Below, piece after piece: positions 19,308-29,664 of a stretch of DNA of 64,000 bases (positions are counted from its first letter, which is position 1; every line of letters begins with the position of its first letter). A model generated the notes under the pieces. That model was not told the DNA's origin. It did not search any database and worked only from the letters and a program-made list of their open reading frames with translations. Made by a program: the position numbers and the translations under genes. The DNA comes from an uncultured Gemmatimonadaceae bacterium (lineage in GTDB: Bacteria > Gemmatimonadota > Gemmatimonadetes > Gemmatimonadales > Gemmatimonadaceae), in contig CAVXGK010000002.1 of assembly GCA_963761305.1 (NCBI GenBank), forward strand, positions 1,728,001 to 1,792,000, in the 5' to 3' direction.

Positions 19308-19856
19308 TTATTGCGCGACGAGCGTGAACACCACGTTGAGGTTGTACGTGCCCGGAACGTCCTGCGTGAAGTTGTACGTCGTCTTGTAGAACAGGCCGGT
19401 GACCGCGCTCGCCATCGTCGCGGTGCCCGACACGATGTCGGCCGGCGTGGTGGACAGCCCGGCGAACGTGCCGCCCGACGACGTCGACCAAGCCAGGTCG
19501 CTCGCCGGCTTCGCATACGACGCACCGCTGAACGCGGCGGCCGCGGCGCTGATCTGCACTTTGTAACCGCGATTCGACTGGACCGTGAAAGTCGGGCCGG
19601 TCGTCGGCATCTGGATCGAGGCCGCGGTGTAGTCCGCCATGCTCGTCGGGGCGTTCAGCGTCTCGTTCGTTCCAGAAGTAAAGCCGCTCATGGTGAGCGT
19701 GAGCAGCGAAGGCATCGTGAGGGAATGCAAAGACGTCACCGTGCACGGCGGCGGCGAGGCCAGCGTCGAATTGATCGAGCAGGTCTGCGCTGCGGCGATC
19801 TGGGCACTGATGGCGATTGCGCAGGCGGCAGCGCCTGCAACGGCCAACTTCTTCAT
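19308..19856 (-). CDS. Probable major pilin-like subunit (first gene of the operon)
   Basis: GGAG RBS; MKK signal peptide ending AAA-Q; N-terminal Cys pair; KPASDLAWS; C-terminal DVPGTYNLNVVFTLVAQ. Confidence 0.7.
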   Translation of the reverse strand: MKKLAVAGAAACAIAISAQIAAAQTCSINSTLASPPPCTVTSLHSLTMPSLLTLTMSGFTSGTNETLNAPTSMADYTAASIQMPTTGPTFTVQSNRGYKVQISAAAAAFSGASYAKPASDLAWSTSSGGTFAGLSTTPADIVSGTATMASAVTGLFYKTTYNFTQDVPGTYNLNVVFTLVAQ

Positions 19857-20219
19857 GGTGAAACTCCGGTTGAATGTTTAGCTACGTCGCTAAAGCGGCC
19901 TGGCTGCGGTGCCCCCGCGAACTGCCGCGAACTCGACCAGTCCTGCTTGCCACCCAGCCCCGCCGTTCGGCGACGTCTGAGCTTGCTAGTTGACGCGTGC
20001 GTCCGACGCTGGTCACAGAGGTTGCCGGAGTTTTCCGGTCACGTATGCCGTTGTCCTGGAAGGAGATGCAACGTTCCGATCCAGCGAGCCTGTTCGAGTT
20101 AACCTCGATCGGTTGGGGAACTCGTTCCGATCCTCGAACGTGCTCGAGATGCCGCTCAATCCAGTATCGGCTATCCCTCTCGGCACTCCATTCGGCGTGC
20201 AACGGGGTGCGCCAAAATG

Positions 20220-20248
20220 AAAAGGGAGCCGTTATTTGGCTCCCTTTT
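20220..20248. terminator. Intrinsic terminator-like hairpin, twin of 14507-14538
   Basis: AAAAGGGAGCC-GTTATTT-GGCTCCCTTTT; reads into a T-rich tract on the - strand, downstream of the lipoprotein gene. Confidence 0.75.
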
Positions 20249-20280
20249 CTCGCGTCAACCGCTTATCCGCGTAGTTGACG

Positions 20281-20718
20281 CTACGAGGACCGACCGTACA
20301 GGAACTGGCTGCCGTTGAAGAGGATGGTCAGGCGTGTTCCCTGGACCGACCCGGCAAACGTGACCGCGCCGCCGCCGCTCGTCTGCACGAAGTTGATCTG
20401 TTGATTGGCGATCGTGTACGTACCGCCCACCGTCGTCACGAGCATCGACGTGGTGTTGTCGGCCAGCGCCGTGACGTTGTAGACGCTCGTCTCGGTCCAC
20501 GTGCCGGTCGCGGTCATCGAGACCGTGTCACTCGTGAGATCGAACTCCTGGGTCGACGTCACGGACGCGATCACGGGGAGGACGGTGCCATTGATCGAGG
20601 CCAGCGCAAAAGCGCCGGTGACGTTCGCGTCGGTCGGACCGAGGGAGAGGGCGTCGTTGCTCGTGTCGAGGCACGCGGCCAGTAAGACCGGAACGAGCAA
20701 CCAGACAATTCGCCGCAT
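20281..20718 (-). CDS. Hypothetical lipoprotein, possibly a lipocalin-like beta barrel
   Basis: ATG 20718, MRRIVWLLVPVLLAAC lipobox; GAFALASING and GTWTE motifs. Confidence 0.7.
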   Translation of the reverse strand: MRRIVWLLVPVLLAACLDTSNDALSLGPTDANVTGAFALASINGTVLPVIASVTSTQEFDLTSDTVSMTATGTWTETSVYNVTALADNTTSMLVTTVGGTYTIANQQINFVQTSGGGAVTFAGSVQGTRLTILFNGSQFLYGRSS

Positions 20719-20741
20719 GACCGACTCCGCGCTGAGGTGGA

Positions 20742-20823
20742 TGCGAAGGGGGGGACTCGAACCCCCAAGCCTTTCGGCGCCAGATCCTAAGTCTGGTGCG
20801 TCTGCCAATTCCGCCACCCTCGC
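20742..20823 (-). tRNA. tRNA-Leu (anticodon TAG)
   Basis: GCGAGGGTGGCGGAATTGGCAGACGCACCAGACTTAGGATCTGGCGCCGAAAGGCTTGGGGGTTCGAGTCCCCCCCTTCGCA folds as a cloverleaf with a long variable arm; no CCA directly after the discriminator base. Confidence 0.97.
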
Positions 20824-20854
20824 CGACGAGGTGGAAGATAATGCGATGTGTTTG

Positions 20855-21394
20855 CTAGAACGCGAAGCCGAAAATCAACCGCGTGGTGACCGTAGCATAA
20901 TCCACATGCGCGCGCTCGCGTTCGTCTTTCGGGGCGAGCACGCGCTTGGCGCCGATGCCGGTGCCGACGAGGAACCGCTCGCTTCGTCCCAGGAGCCAGT
21001 TGTAATCGAGCAGGATGCCGGCGGTCGGCGCCGACAGCGATTGGCGTGCGTCGCCGACTTCGTTCGAGAACCGCGTGACGCCGGCCGACATGCCGACAGC
21101 GAATCCGCGCAGCACGACTTCGCCGGGATAGTATCTCACCTTCACGTCGCCCGTCGTGTAGCGCGAGTGGCCGACGTCGATGTAGGAGCCGACCGCGCCC
21201 ACCGTGATGCCCGACGACACCGCGTTCTCCAACTCCAGCGTGAAGACGTTCGCGGGCAGTCCCAGCGGGTTGAATCCTATGTATGTCTGCGTCGGAATCG
21301 GAACACGGGCGCGCTGAGCCGCGGCGAACGACCCCGCAGCGGGGTGAACGAGGGCGGCGGCGAGCGCGACGGCAGCGGAGCCGATGAGTCGCAT
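20855..21394 (-). CDS. Small outer-membrane beta-barrel protein (DUF3575-like)
   Basis: Signal peptide, GFNPLGL, amphipathic strands, C-terminal IFGFAF. Confidence 0.65.
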   Translation of the reverse strand: MRLIGSAAVALAAALVHPAAGSFAAAQRARVPIPTQTYIGFNPLGLPANVFTLELENAVSSGITVGAVGSYIDVGHSRYTTGDVKVRYYPGEVVLRGFAVGMSAGVTRFSNEVGDARQSLSAPTAGILLDYNWLLGRSERFLVGTGIGAKRVLAPKDERERAHVDYATVTTRLIFGFAF

Positions 21395-21548
21395 CAGTAT
21401 GAGAATCGAGGGTGGAGTCGCGTGCTGCCTCAACGGTAACGACGTGGAACATGGAATCGGTACCGTCGGCGCACGCGCGGGGTCCGTGGCGCCAATCACA
21501 GGACGCGGCGTCTCCCCTCTCGCCGCACGTCCCCACTAGGTTTCGCGC

Positions 21549-22787
21549 ATGAACATCGAGATCACCCCGAAAAAGAGCGACGGCCTGGAGCGGCTGATCG
21601 AGGTTCGGGTGCCGATCGAGACCATCCGCGACGCCGAGAACCGTGCGGCGCAACGGTACGCCACGAGCGCGCGTCTCCCTGGCTTTCGTCCCGGCAAGGC
21701 GCCGCCGGCGATGATCAAGAAGCGCTTCAAGGACGCGATCCGGCAGCAGGTCATCGAGTCGCTCGTGCAGGAGGCCTACCAAGAGGTCGTCGATCGCGAG
21801 AAGCTGAAAGTCGCGTCGCAGCCGCACGTCCACGACCTCAAGTTCGAGGACGGACAGCCGCTCAGCTTCGAGCTCCATGTCGAGATCAGACCCGAGGTGG
21901 CGCTCGCGCGCACCCAGGGATTCCGCGTGACGCGTACCAAGGCGAACGTCAACGACGACGCGGTGCGCGAGCAGATCGAGCAGCTGCGCGAGCAGAAAGC
22001 GACCTGGTCGCCGGTCGAAGGCCGACCGGCGCCCGGCGACATGGTACGCGTCGAGCTGAGCACGGCCGACGAGAACGGCGAGTTCCCCGAGCCGCGCGAG
22101 TACCCGCTGGTCCTCGGCGCGGGCCAGGCGATCGCCGGCGTCGAAGAGCTGATCATGCAGATCACGACCGGCGAGACGGTCGAGAAACCCGTGCGCTGGC
22201 CGGAGGATTTTCCGGATGAGGCGCAGCGCGGCAAGACGAAGCCGGTGCGCCTCCATGTGCTCGAAGTGAAGCGCAAGACGTTGCCGCCGCTCGACGACGC
22301 GTTCGCGCGGGGCGTGGGCGACTTCGACTCGCTGTCGGCGCTCGAGACCACGGTGCGCAAGGATCTCGAGGACCATGCGAGTCGCGACGCCGACGCCGGC
22401 GTGCGGCAGCAGCTCGTCGACCAGATCTCGGCGGCGAATCCGTTCGACGTGCCGCCGAGCTGGGTCTCGCAGCTGATCGACGGATACGCACAGGCGTATC
22501 AGGTCCCGGAGGGCGATCGCGACAAGTTCCGCGCCGAGTTCCGGCCGATCGCCGAGCGTCAGGTGCGGCGCGACCTGATCATCGACACGCTCGCCGAGAC
22601 CGAGGGTCTCAAGGCGAGCGAGTCGGACATCGACGAACGCGTCGCCGACGTCGCGTCCCAGCGCAACGCGGACCCCGGGCAGGTGTACGCGTCGCTGCAG
22701 AAGGCCGGCCGGCTCCGCGAGATCGAGCAGAGTATTACGGAAGACAAAGTGTTCGCCTGGCTCCTGGAACGAAACGAAGTCGCCTAG
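21549..22787 (+). CDS. tig: Trigger factor
   Basis: PGFRPGKAP ribosome-binding motif; FKBP-like domain; upstream of clpP. Confidence 0.96.
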   Translation: MNIEITPKKSDGLERLIEVRVPIETIRDAENRAAQRYATSARLPGFRPGKAPPAMIKKRFKDAIRQQVIESLVQEAYQEVVDREKLKVASQPHVHDLKFEDGQPLSFELHVEIRPEVALARTQGFRVTRTKANVNDDAVREQIEQLREQKATWSPVEGRPAPGDMVRVELSTADENGEFPEPREYPLVLGAGQAIAGVEELIMQITTGETVEKPVRWPEDFPDEAQRGKTKPVRLHVLEVKRKTLPPLDDAFARGVGDFDSLSALETTVRKDLEDHASRDADAGVRQQLVDQISAANPFDVPPSWVSQLIDGYAQAYQVPEGDRDKFRAEFRPIAERQVRRDLIIDTLAETEGLKASESDIDERVADVASQRNADPGQVYASLQKAGRLREIEQSITEDKVFAWLLERNEVA

Positions 22788-22810
22788 TCCTTCACCACCG
22801 ACATCGCCTC

Positions 22811-23443
22811 ATGGCCACCATCTATCCGCCGTATGTGATCGAGCGCTCGCCGCGTGGCGAGCGAAGCTACGACATCTTCAGCCGTCTGCTGATGGATCGC
22901 ATCATCTTCCTGGGCACGCCGGTCAACGACGACGTGGCGAACATCGTCATCGCCCAGATGTTGTTCCTCGAGGCCGACAACCCCGACCGCGACATCTTCT
23001 TGTACATCAACTCGCCGGGCGGCAGCGTGTCGGCGGGTCTGGCGATCTACGACACGATGCAGTTCATGAAGTCGCCGGTGAACACGATCTGCATGGGACT
23101 CGCGGCGAGCATGGGCGCGTTCCTCCTCGCCGGTGGCCGCAAGGGCAAGCGCTCGACGCTGCCGCATTCACGAATCATGATTCACCAACCCTCACAGCAG
23201 GGCGGCGGCGGATCGGCGTCGGACATCGAGATCCAGGCGAAGGAGATCCTCTACCTTCGCGGCAAGCTGAACCAGCTCTGGACGAAGCACACCGGCCAGT
23301 CGCTCGAGCGCATCGAGCGCGACACGGACCGCGACCGCTATCTCTCGGCCGAGGAGGCCAAGGACTACGGCATCGTCGACAACGTGATCACGCAGCGCGG
23401 CGAGATCGTGGAACCGAGCGCGCTGGCCGCGGTCACGAAATGA
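22811..23443 (+). CDS. clpP: ATP-dependent Clp protease proteolytic subunit
   Basis: [28 protein letters not shown]. Confidence 0.97.
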   Translation: MATIYPPYVIERSPRGERSYDIFSRLLMDRIIFLGTPVNDDVANIVIAQMLFLEADNPDRDIFLYINSPGGSVSAGLAIYDTMQFMKSPVNTICMGLAASMGAFLLAGGRKGKRSTLPHSRIMIHQPSQQGGGGSASDIEIQAKEILYLRGKLNQLWTKHTGQSLERIERDTDRDRYLSAEEAKDYGIVDNVITQRGEIVEPSALAAVTK

Positions 23444-23630
23444 CGTGGCGCCGGCTGTCACAAAACGTTCGTTTTGCTGAGTCGTCTCTTGCTTGACCCG
23501 TGTCCAGCCCTTAACTCTCAGCAGGACTCTCCGTTCGTTCTCCCGCCGGCTGCGAGCCACCGCTCACCGGAGTCATTTTTCCGGTCGTGGGCCCCGCGGC
23601 CACACGCAGTCACCCGCTGAGTGAGATGTC

Positions 23631-24875
23631 ATGTCGCACGACAAACACCTTCGCTGCTCGTTTTGCGGAAAGTCCAAGGATTCGGTCCGCAAGTTCATCT
23701 CCGGACCGTCGGTCTACATCTGCAACGAGTGCATCGCGCTGTGCAATGAGATCCTCGCCGAGGACGAAGAGCGCGAAGTCGCCGAAGCAATCACTCAGGT
23801 CCCGACCCCGCAGGAGATCAAGGACACGCTCGATCAGTACGTGATCGGGCAGGAAAAGGCCAAGAAGGCCCTGTCGGTCGCGGTCTACAACCACTACAAG
23901 CGCATCAACTCGTCGTCGGTCCGCGACGACGACGTCGAGCTCGACAAGTCGAACATCCTGCTCATCGGCCCCACGGGCGTGGGCAAGACGCTGCTGGCGC
24001 AGACGCTGGCCCGCATCCTCGACGTGCCGTTCACGATCGCCGACGCCACGACGCTCACCGAAGCCGGGTACGTCGGCGAAGACGTCGAGAACATTCTCGT
24101 GCGCCTGCTCCAGGCCGGTGACTTCAACGTCGCCGAATGCGAGCGCGGCATCGTCTACATCGACGAAATCGATAAGATTGCGCGGAAATCTGAAAACCCG
24201 AGCATCACCCGCGACGTCTCGGGCGAGGGCGTGCAGCAGGCGCTCCTCAAGATCCTCGAGGGCACGGTCGCCTCGGTGCCGCCGCAGGGCGGCCGCAAGC
24301 ACCCACAGCAGGAATACATCCAGATCAACACGAAGGACATCCTTTTCATCTGCGGCGGGGCGTTCGACGGTCTCGAGAAGATCATCGAGGCGCGGACCGG
24401 ACGACGTCAGATCGGATTCAACAAGGGCGACGACTCGCGGACGCCGCACCAGGCGAAGAATCCGTTCTCGGAAGTCGAGCCGGACGATCTGCTGCGGTTC
24501 GGGCTCATACCTGAGCTCGTCGGCCGGCTTCCGGTCGCCGTGGCGCTCGAGGCGCTCGACGAGGACGCGCTGGTTCGCATCCTCAAGGAGCCCAAGAACG
24601 CGCTCACGAAGCAGTACGCCAAGCTGTTCGAGCTCGAAGAAGTGAAGCTCACGTTCGAGGACTCGTCCCTCCGCGCGGTGGCCGGGAAGGCGCTCAAACG
24701 CGGCACGGGCGCGCGCGGCCTGCGGGCGATCCTCGAGGAGCTGCTCACCGAAGTGATGTTCGACCTGCCCACGCGCGAGGACGTCGAAGAGGTCAAAGTG
24801 ACGGAGAGCTCAGTGCTCAACGGCACCGCGCCGCTCCTCGAGATCTCGCCGCAGCGGAAGAAGAAAGAAGCCTGA
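23631..24875 (+). CDS. clpX: Clp protease ATP-binding subunit ClpX
   Basis: CSFCGK zinc finger, [23 protein letters not shown]. Confidence 0.98.
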   Translation: MSHDKHLRCSFCGKSKDSVRKFISGPSVYICNECIALCNEILAEDEEREVAEAITQVPTPQEIKDTLDQYVIGQEKAKKALSVAVYNHYKRINSSSVRDDDVELDKSNILLIGPTGVGKTLLAQTLARILDVPFTIADATTLTEAGYVGEDVENILVRLLQAGDFNVAECERGIVYIDEIDKIARKSENPSITRDVSGEGVQQALLKILEGTVASVPPQGGRKHPQQEYIQINTKDILFICGGAFDGLEKIIEARTGRRQIGFNKGDDSRTPHQAKNPFSEVEPDDLLRFGLIPELVGRLPVAVALEALDEDALVRILKEPKNALTKQYAKLFELEEVKLTFEDSSLRAVAGKALKRGTGARGLRAILEELLTEVMFDLPTREDVEEVKVTESSVLNGTAPLLEISPQRKKKEA

Positions 24876-24977
24876 GACGCCGCCTTCGGGCGGCGTCGGC
24901 CCCGATCGAACTGCGTGACCGCGCGACGCGCGCGAAGAGTGTGAGGCAAAGCAGGTCGCCTCACACTATTTTTTGTC

Positions 24978-27443
24978 ATGGCACTGCCTCCCCGCCAGGC
25001 GCCGTCCGCCCCGGCGACGCCGCCGGACTCCGATCCGACGAATCCCGCGCCCGCCAACCCGGGCGCGCCGGCGGAAACCAAGCGAGCCGCCGTGCTGCCG
25101 CTGCGCGACGTCGTCGTCTTCCCGTACGTCGCCATGCCGCTGCTCGTCGGGCGACAAGCGTCGCTCAACGCGATCGAGGCGGCCGCCTCGGATGGCGGAA
25201 CGCTGTTTCTCGTCGCGCAGAAGAGCGCCGACACCGAGGAGCCGGCGGCGAGCGACCTCCATCGCGTGGGGGTGGTCGCGCGCATCGTGCAGGCGACGCG
25301 CCAGGCGAACGGCACGGCGCGCCTCCTCGTCGAAGGCGTACGCCGCGCACGGGTCACGCGCTATATCCCGGCCTCGGGCCACCTGCGCGCCGCGCTCGAC
25401 GACGACACCGACGACACCGGCGACGATCCCGACGCGCTGCAGGTGCAGTCGCGCCGCGTGCTCGCGTTGTTCGAGGAGTACGTCTCGCTCCATCGCCGCA
25501 TTCCGAACGAGGTCGTCGCGCTCGTGCAGGGCGCCGACACGATCGGGCGACAGGCGTACGGCATCGCCGCGCACCTCGCCGTGCGCGTCGAGGTCCGGCA
25601 GACGCTGCTCGAAGCGCCGTCGATCCCCGCGCTTCTCGACGCGCTCAGCCAGGTGCTGGTGAGCGAGACCGAACTGCTCCGCCTCGAGCGAAAGCTCGAC
25701 GAAGAAGTGCGGGGGTCGCTTTTCCAGAACCAGCGCGAATTCTATTTGCAGGAGCAGCTCAAGGCGATCCATCGCGAGCTCGGACAGGAAGACGCCGACG
25801 ACGCCGCCGAGGTCGAGCGGCAAATCGAGGCGCGCAGGCTGCCGGAGGCCGTGAAGGCGCGCGCGATGCGCGAGATCCGCAAGCTGCGCCGCATGTCGCC
25901 GCTCTCGCCGGAATCGACGGTCGCCCGCAACTTCATCGACTGGATTCTGGCGCTGCCCTGGACCGAGCGCACCGACGACGTGCTCGACGTCGCGCACGCG
26001 CGCCGCATCCTCGACGAGGATCACTACGGGCTCGAGGAAGTGAAGGACCGTATCCTCGACTACATCGGCGTGCTGTCGCTGGTCGAGCGCATGGAGGGTC
26101 CGATTCTCTGCCTCGTCGGACCGCCGGGCGTCGGCAAGACGTCGCTCGGCCGCTCGATCGCGCGCGCCCTCGGGCGCAAGTTCGTGCGCATGTCGCTCGG
26201 CGGCGTGCGCGACGAAGCGGAGATTCGCGGCCACCGCCGGACGTACATCGGGTCGATGCCCGGCCGCGTCGTGCAGGCGATGCGAAAAGCCGAAGTCATC
26301 AATCCCGTGATCCTGCTCGACGAAGTGGACAAGCTCGGCACCGACTACCGCGGTGATCCGTCCGCCGCGCTGCTCGAGGTGCTCGACCCGGAACAGAACA
26401 GGGCGTTCAACGATCACTATTTGGAGATCGATTACGACCTCTCGCAGGTGCTGTTCCTGACCACGGCGAACTATCTGCCGCAGGTGCCCGAGCCGCTGCG
26501 CGACCGGATGGAGATCATCCGGCTGTCGGGCTACCTCGATCAGGAGAAGTACGCGATCGCCCGCCAGTTCCTCGTGCCCAAGCAGCTCCGCGCCAACGGT
26601 CTCGATCCGGCCAGCGTCGAGTGGGAGAGCGACGCCATTCCGGCGATCGTGCAGAACTACACGCGCGAGGCCGGCGTGCGCGAACTGGAGCGCCGCCTCG
26701 GCCGCATCGCGCGCAAGCTGGCGCGCCGCGAAGCGGAGACGCGCGACCTCACCAAGACACCGCCCACGCCGGGTCCCAAATCCGTCGTGCGCGCCGCCGA
26801 GCTCAAGGAGCTGCTCGGAACCGCGCCGTACGATCCGTCGCTCCTCTCGCTCGACCACAAGGTCGGCGTCGTCACCGGACTCGCGTACACCGCTGTCGGC
26901 GGCGACGTGCTCGAGATCGAAGTCAGCGTCGTGTCGGGGCGCGGCAAGCTGCAGCTCACCGGCACGCTCGGCGACGTGATGAAAGAATCGGCGAGCGCCG
27001 CGCTGAGCTACGCGCGCTCCCGCGCCAAGGTGCTCGGCATCGACAAGGATTTTCATCGCACGCGGGACCTGCACATCCACATTCCGAGCGGCGCCACGCC
27101 GAAGGATGGACCATCGGCCGGCATCGCCATCGCGACCGGAATCGTGAGCGCGCTCACGGGCATCCCGGTGCGCGGCGACATCGCGATGACGGGAGAAATC
27201 ACGCTGCGCGGACGCGTGCTGGCGATCGGTGGTCTCAAGGAAAAGGCCGTCGCCGCGCATCGCAACGGCGTCAGGCACGTGCTCATCCCGCAACAGAACG
27301 TGCGCGACGTCGAGGAGCTTCCGGCCGAGGTGAGAGCGGGCGTGACGTTCCATCCGGTGAGGACGATGGACGAGGTGCTCGCGCTGTCGCTCGTTCGCGC
27401 CGCCGGTTTGGAGGCCGAGGCGCCGACAGTCGCGCCGAACTGA
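24978..27443 (+). CDS. lon: Lon protease
   Basis: [34 protein letters not shown]. Confidence 0.98.
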   Translation: MALPPRQAPSAPATPPDSDPTNPAPANPGAPAETKRAAVLPLRDVVVFPYVAMPLLVGRQASLNAIEAAASDGGTLFLVAQKSADTEEPAASDLHRVGVVARIVQATRQANGTARLLVEGVRRARVTRYIPASGHLRAALDDDTDDTGDDPDALQVQSRRVLALFEEYVSLHRRIPNEVVALVQGADTIGRQAYGIAAHLAVRVEVRQTLLEAPSIPALLDALSQVLVSETELLRLERKLDEEVRGSLFQNQREFYLQEQLKAIHRELGQEDADDAAEVERQIEARRLPEAVKARAMREIRKLRRMSPLSPESTVARNFIDWILALPWTERTDDVLDVAHARRILDEDHYGLEEVKDRILDYIGVLSLVERMEGPILCLVGPPGVGKTSLGRSIARALGRKFVRMSLGGVRDEAEIRGHRRTYIGSMPGRVVQAMRKAEVINPVILLDEVDKLGTDYRGDPSAALLEVLDPEQNRAFNDHYLEIDYDLSQVLFLTTANYLPQVPEPLRDRMEIIRLSGYLDQEKYAIARQFLVPKQLRANGLDPASVEWESDAIPAIVQNYTREAGVRELERRLGRIARKLARREAETRDLTKTPPTPGPKSVVRAAELKELLGTAPYDPSLLSLDHKVGVVTGLAYTAVGGDVLEIEVSVVSGRGKLQLTGTLGDVMKESASAALSYARSRAKVLGIDKDFHRTRDLHIHIPSGATPKDGPSAGIAIATGIVSALTGIPVRGDIAMTGEITLRGRVLAIGGLKEKAVAAHRNGVRHVLIPQQNVRDVEELPAEVRAGVTFHPVRTMDEVLALSLVRAAGLEAEAPTVAPN

Positions 27444-27450
27444 GTCGACC

Positions 27451-28083
27451 ATGCCGGCGCCGGCGCGTGAACCGTTGGTGATCCGGTCGCTGGAATTCCT
27501 CGGCGGCATGGCCAGCTCGGGCGGGTGGCGTCCCGAGCCGACGCTGCCGGAAGTCGCGTTCGGCGGGCGCTCCAACGTCGGCAAGTCGTCGCTGCTCAAC
27601 CGGCTCGTGCATCGCAAGAAGTTCGCGCGAGTGAGCAACACGCCGGGACGCACGCGCGAGGTGAACTTCTTCAAGGTCAACGATCAGTTCGTGCTCGTCG
27701 ACCTGCCCGGCTACGGCTACGCGCGCGTCTCGAAGGAACGGCGCGCCGAGTGGAGACCGCTGATCGAGGGCTACCTGCGTACGAGCCCGCAGCTCCGGGG
27801 CATCGTCGAACTCCTCGACGTGCGGCACGATCCCACGGACGACGATCTGAAAATGCTCGACTTCCTCGGCGAGGTCGGCGTGCCGACGATCGTCGTTTTG
27901 ACCAAGATCGACAAGCTCAGCGCGGGCGAGCGAAAGACGCGCGGCGCCGAGCGCGCCGCGCAGCTGGGGCTCGACACCGATCAAGTGATTTCGTTCAGCG
28001 CCGTCACCGGCGAAGGGCGCGACGTGCTCGCCGAAGCGATCGAAGCGCTGCTCGAACAGCCGTCGTGGCGGACCGAATCGTGA
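27451..28083 (+). CDS. engB: Ribosome biogenesis GTPase EngB/YihA
   Basis: GRSNVGKSS, TPGRT, DLPGYGY, TKIDK. Confidence 0.95.
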   Translation: MPAPAREPLVIRSLEFLGGMASSGGWRPEPTLPEVAFGGRSNVGKSSLLNRLVHRKKFARVSNTPGRTREVNFFKVNDQFVLVDLPGYGYARVSKERRAEWRPLIEGYLRTSPQLRGIVELLDVRHDPTDDDLKMLDFLGEVGVPTIVVLTKIDKLSAGERKTRGAERAAQLGLDTDQVISFSAVTGEGRDVLAEAIEALLEQPSWRTES

Positions 28084-28775
28084 GGACCGCCGCGTTCATC
28101 GTGCTACTTGCCGCCTGCGCGTCGCAGACGGGTTCGACGACGCCGGCCGCGGCGCCGCACCCGACGCTCGCGTCGCAAAGCGCGCGCGTCGCACCCGACA
28201 CCAATCCCGATCTGATTCCGCCGGGACTCGGCACGCTCAAGGAGGCCGACGTGTCGATCACGCTCCAGCCGCCGACCGGCGTCCGCGTCACGATGTTCCC
28301 GCTCGCCGAGTCGATCATCCGAACGCTGGCGCCGGATTCCTACCGGTCGATGCACGCGATCGTCGAAAGCCGCGCGACGCAGATTCGCCAACGGGCGACG
28401 ATGCACGGCGAGCGAAGTCCAAGCGTCTGGTTTGTCCGGTTTTACGGGTTGGCGCCGGATGCCAGGTATGACCCGACCGACATCACGGTGAGCGTGGGTG
28501 GACGCGATTTTCGTCCGTTCGACGTCGTGCCGATCTCGGGCGACCTCGGCACGCAGCGCCTGCAACCGCGCGAGACGCAGACGGGATTGCTCCTATTCGA
28601 CGGCGCGTTGGACATCACGCAGCCGATGGTCGTGCGGATGGGCGCCGAGCAGAACGTCGACTGGGACTACAACGCGGGCGGCATCCTCGGAAAGATCGAC
28701 GCCGAGCGCGCCGCCGTTCGCGCGCGCGCCGGCGCGAAAACAGCGCCCGCGAAACCGCCGCAACCGGCGCGCTGA
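28080..28775 (+). CDS. Hypothetical lipoprotein
   Basis: GTG 28080 overlaps the engB stop; VRTAAFIVLLAAC lipobox; globular remainder. Confidence 0.7.
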   Translation: MRTAAFIVLLAACASQTGSTTPAAAPHPTLASQSARVAPDTNPDLIPPGLGTLKEADVSITLQPPTGVRVTMFPLAESIIRTLAPDSYRSMHAIVESRATQIRQRATMHGERSPSVWFVRFYGLAPDARYDPTDITVSVGGRDFRPFDVVPISGDLGTQRLQPRETQTGLLLFDGALDITQPMVVRMGAEQNVDWDYNAGGILGKIDAERAAVRARAGAKTAPAKPPQPAR

Positions 28776-28808
28776 GCGCCATTCACGAATCGTCAGCGAG
28801 GCTGTCTC

Positions 28809-29654
28809 ATGGCGTACCTTCCTCTCAGACAAGTCGCCGAGTGCTCGAGCCGCACCATCGCCAACGAATGGCTGGAAGGCTTCACCGCGACGCTCGCCGA
28901 TCCCAAGACGGATCGCGGGCAACTGTGCCGACGGACGCTCACCGAGCTCTTTCATCCCCAGTACGCCGCCAATTGGGAGTCGGCGATCAACGACACGAAG
29001 GTCCCGGCGGCGACTCGCCTCGCGCTCACGAGCATGGATCCGTGCAACATCACGCTCGAGCCCGAGTACTATGCCGACTGCGACGAGGCGAAATTCCAAC
29101 GCGTCAAACCGCTGCTCTGGCTGTGGTATTCGTTCGACCGCAGCGCCGCCGGCGGACAGAACGTGTGGCTCGGCGTCGAGGTCCGACGTGCGCTGGCCAA
29201 GTACATCTTCAAGCGCTGCGGCGAGAACTTCAAAGCGTTTCACAACGTCGAGTTCTCGTTCGGCTACAATCTGGAGGTCGGCGACAACGTGGTCGTGCAC
29301 CGCAACGTGCTGCTCGACGACCGCGGCGGGATCGTGCTCGGCAACAACGTGTCGATCAGCGACTTCGCGAACATCTATAGTCATACGCACAGCATCGTCG
29401 ACGCCAAGGACGTCACCAACGCGACGACGGTGATCGAGGACGGCGTGCGGATCACGTACCACGCAACGGTGCTTGCGGGCGTGCACGTGCACGAGCAGGG
29501 GATGGTGGGCGCGATGGCCGTCGCCACGAAGGACGTGCGGCCGTATCACGTGTACGTCGGCATTCCGGCGAAAAGCGTGCGCGTCAAGCCGAACGCGCCG
29601 CAGGCGGCGACCGTTTTGCGCACGAGCAGCGACCGCCAGACCGACGGCCGCTAG
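28809..29654 (+). CDS. Hexapeptide-repeat (left-handed beta-helix) acyltransferase with an N-terminal extension
   Basis: LEVGDNVVV, IVLGNNVSIS, IYSHTH, TVIEDGVRI, VATKDV, YVGIPAK. Confidence 0.85.
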   Translation: MAYLPLRQVAECSSRTIANEWLEGFTATLADPKTDRGQLCRRTLTELFHPQYAANWESAINDTKVPAATRLALTSMDPCNITLEPEYYADCDEAKFQRVKPLLWLWYSFDRSAAGGQNVWLGVEVRRALAKYIFKRCGENFKAFHNVEFSFGYNLEVGDNVVVHRNVLLDDRGGIVLGNNVSISDFANIYSHTHSIVDAKDVTNATTVIEDGVRITYHATVLAGVHVHEQGMVGAMAVATKDVRPYHVYVGIPAKSVRVKPNAPQAATVLRTSSDRQTDGR

Positions 29655-29664
29655 GGCAGCCCAG

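Noticed and set aside
20198..20215. Possible sigma-54 promoter TGGCGCACCCCGTTGCA (- strand) for the fibre operon
   Set aside because: GG-to-GC spacing is 11 nt rather than the strict 10 nt.
20719..20817. N-terminal extension MAELADAPDLGSG of ORF 20281-20817
   Set aside because: It is a translation of the tRNA-Leu gene.
14572..20823. tRNA-anchored integrative element or prophage
   Set aside because: No integrase, transposase or phage genes, and no duplicated tRNA 3' end seen.
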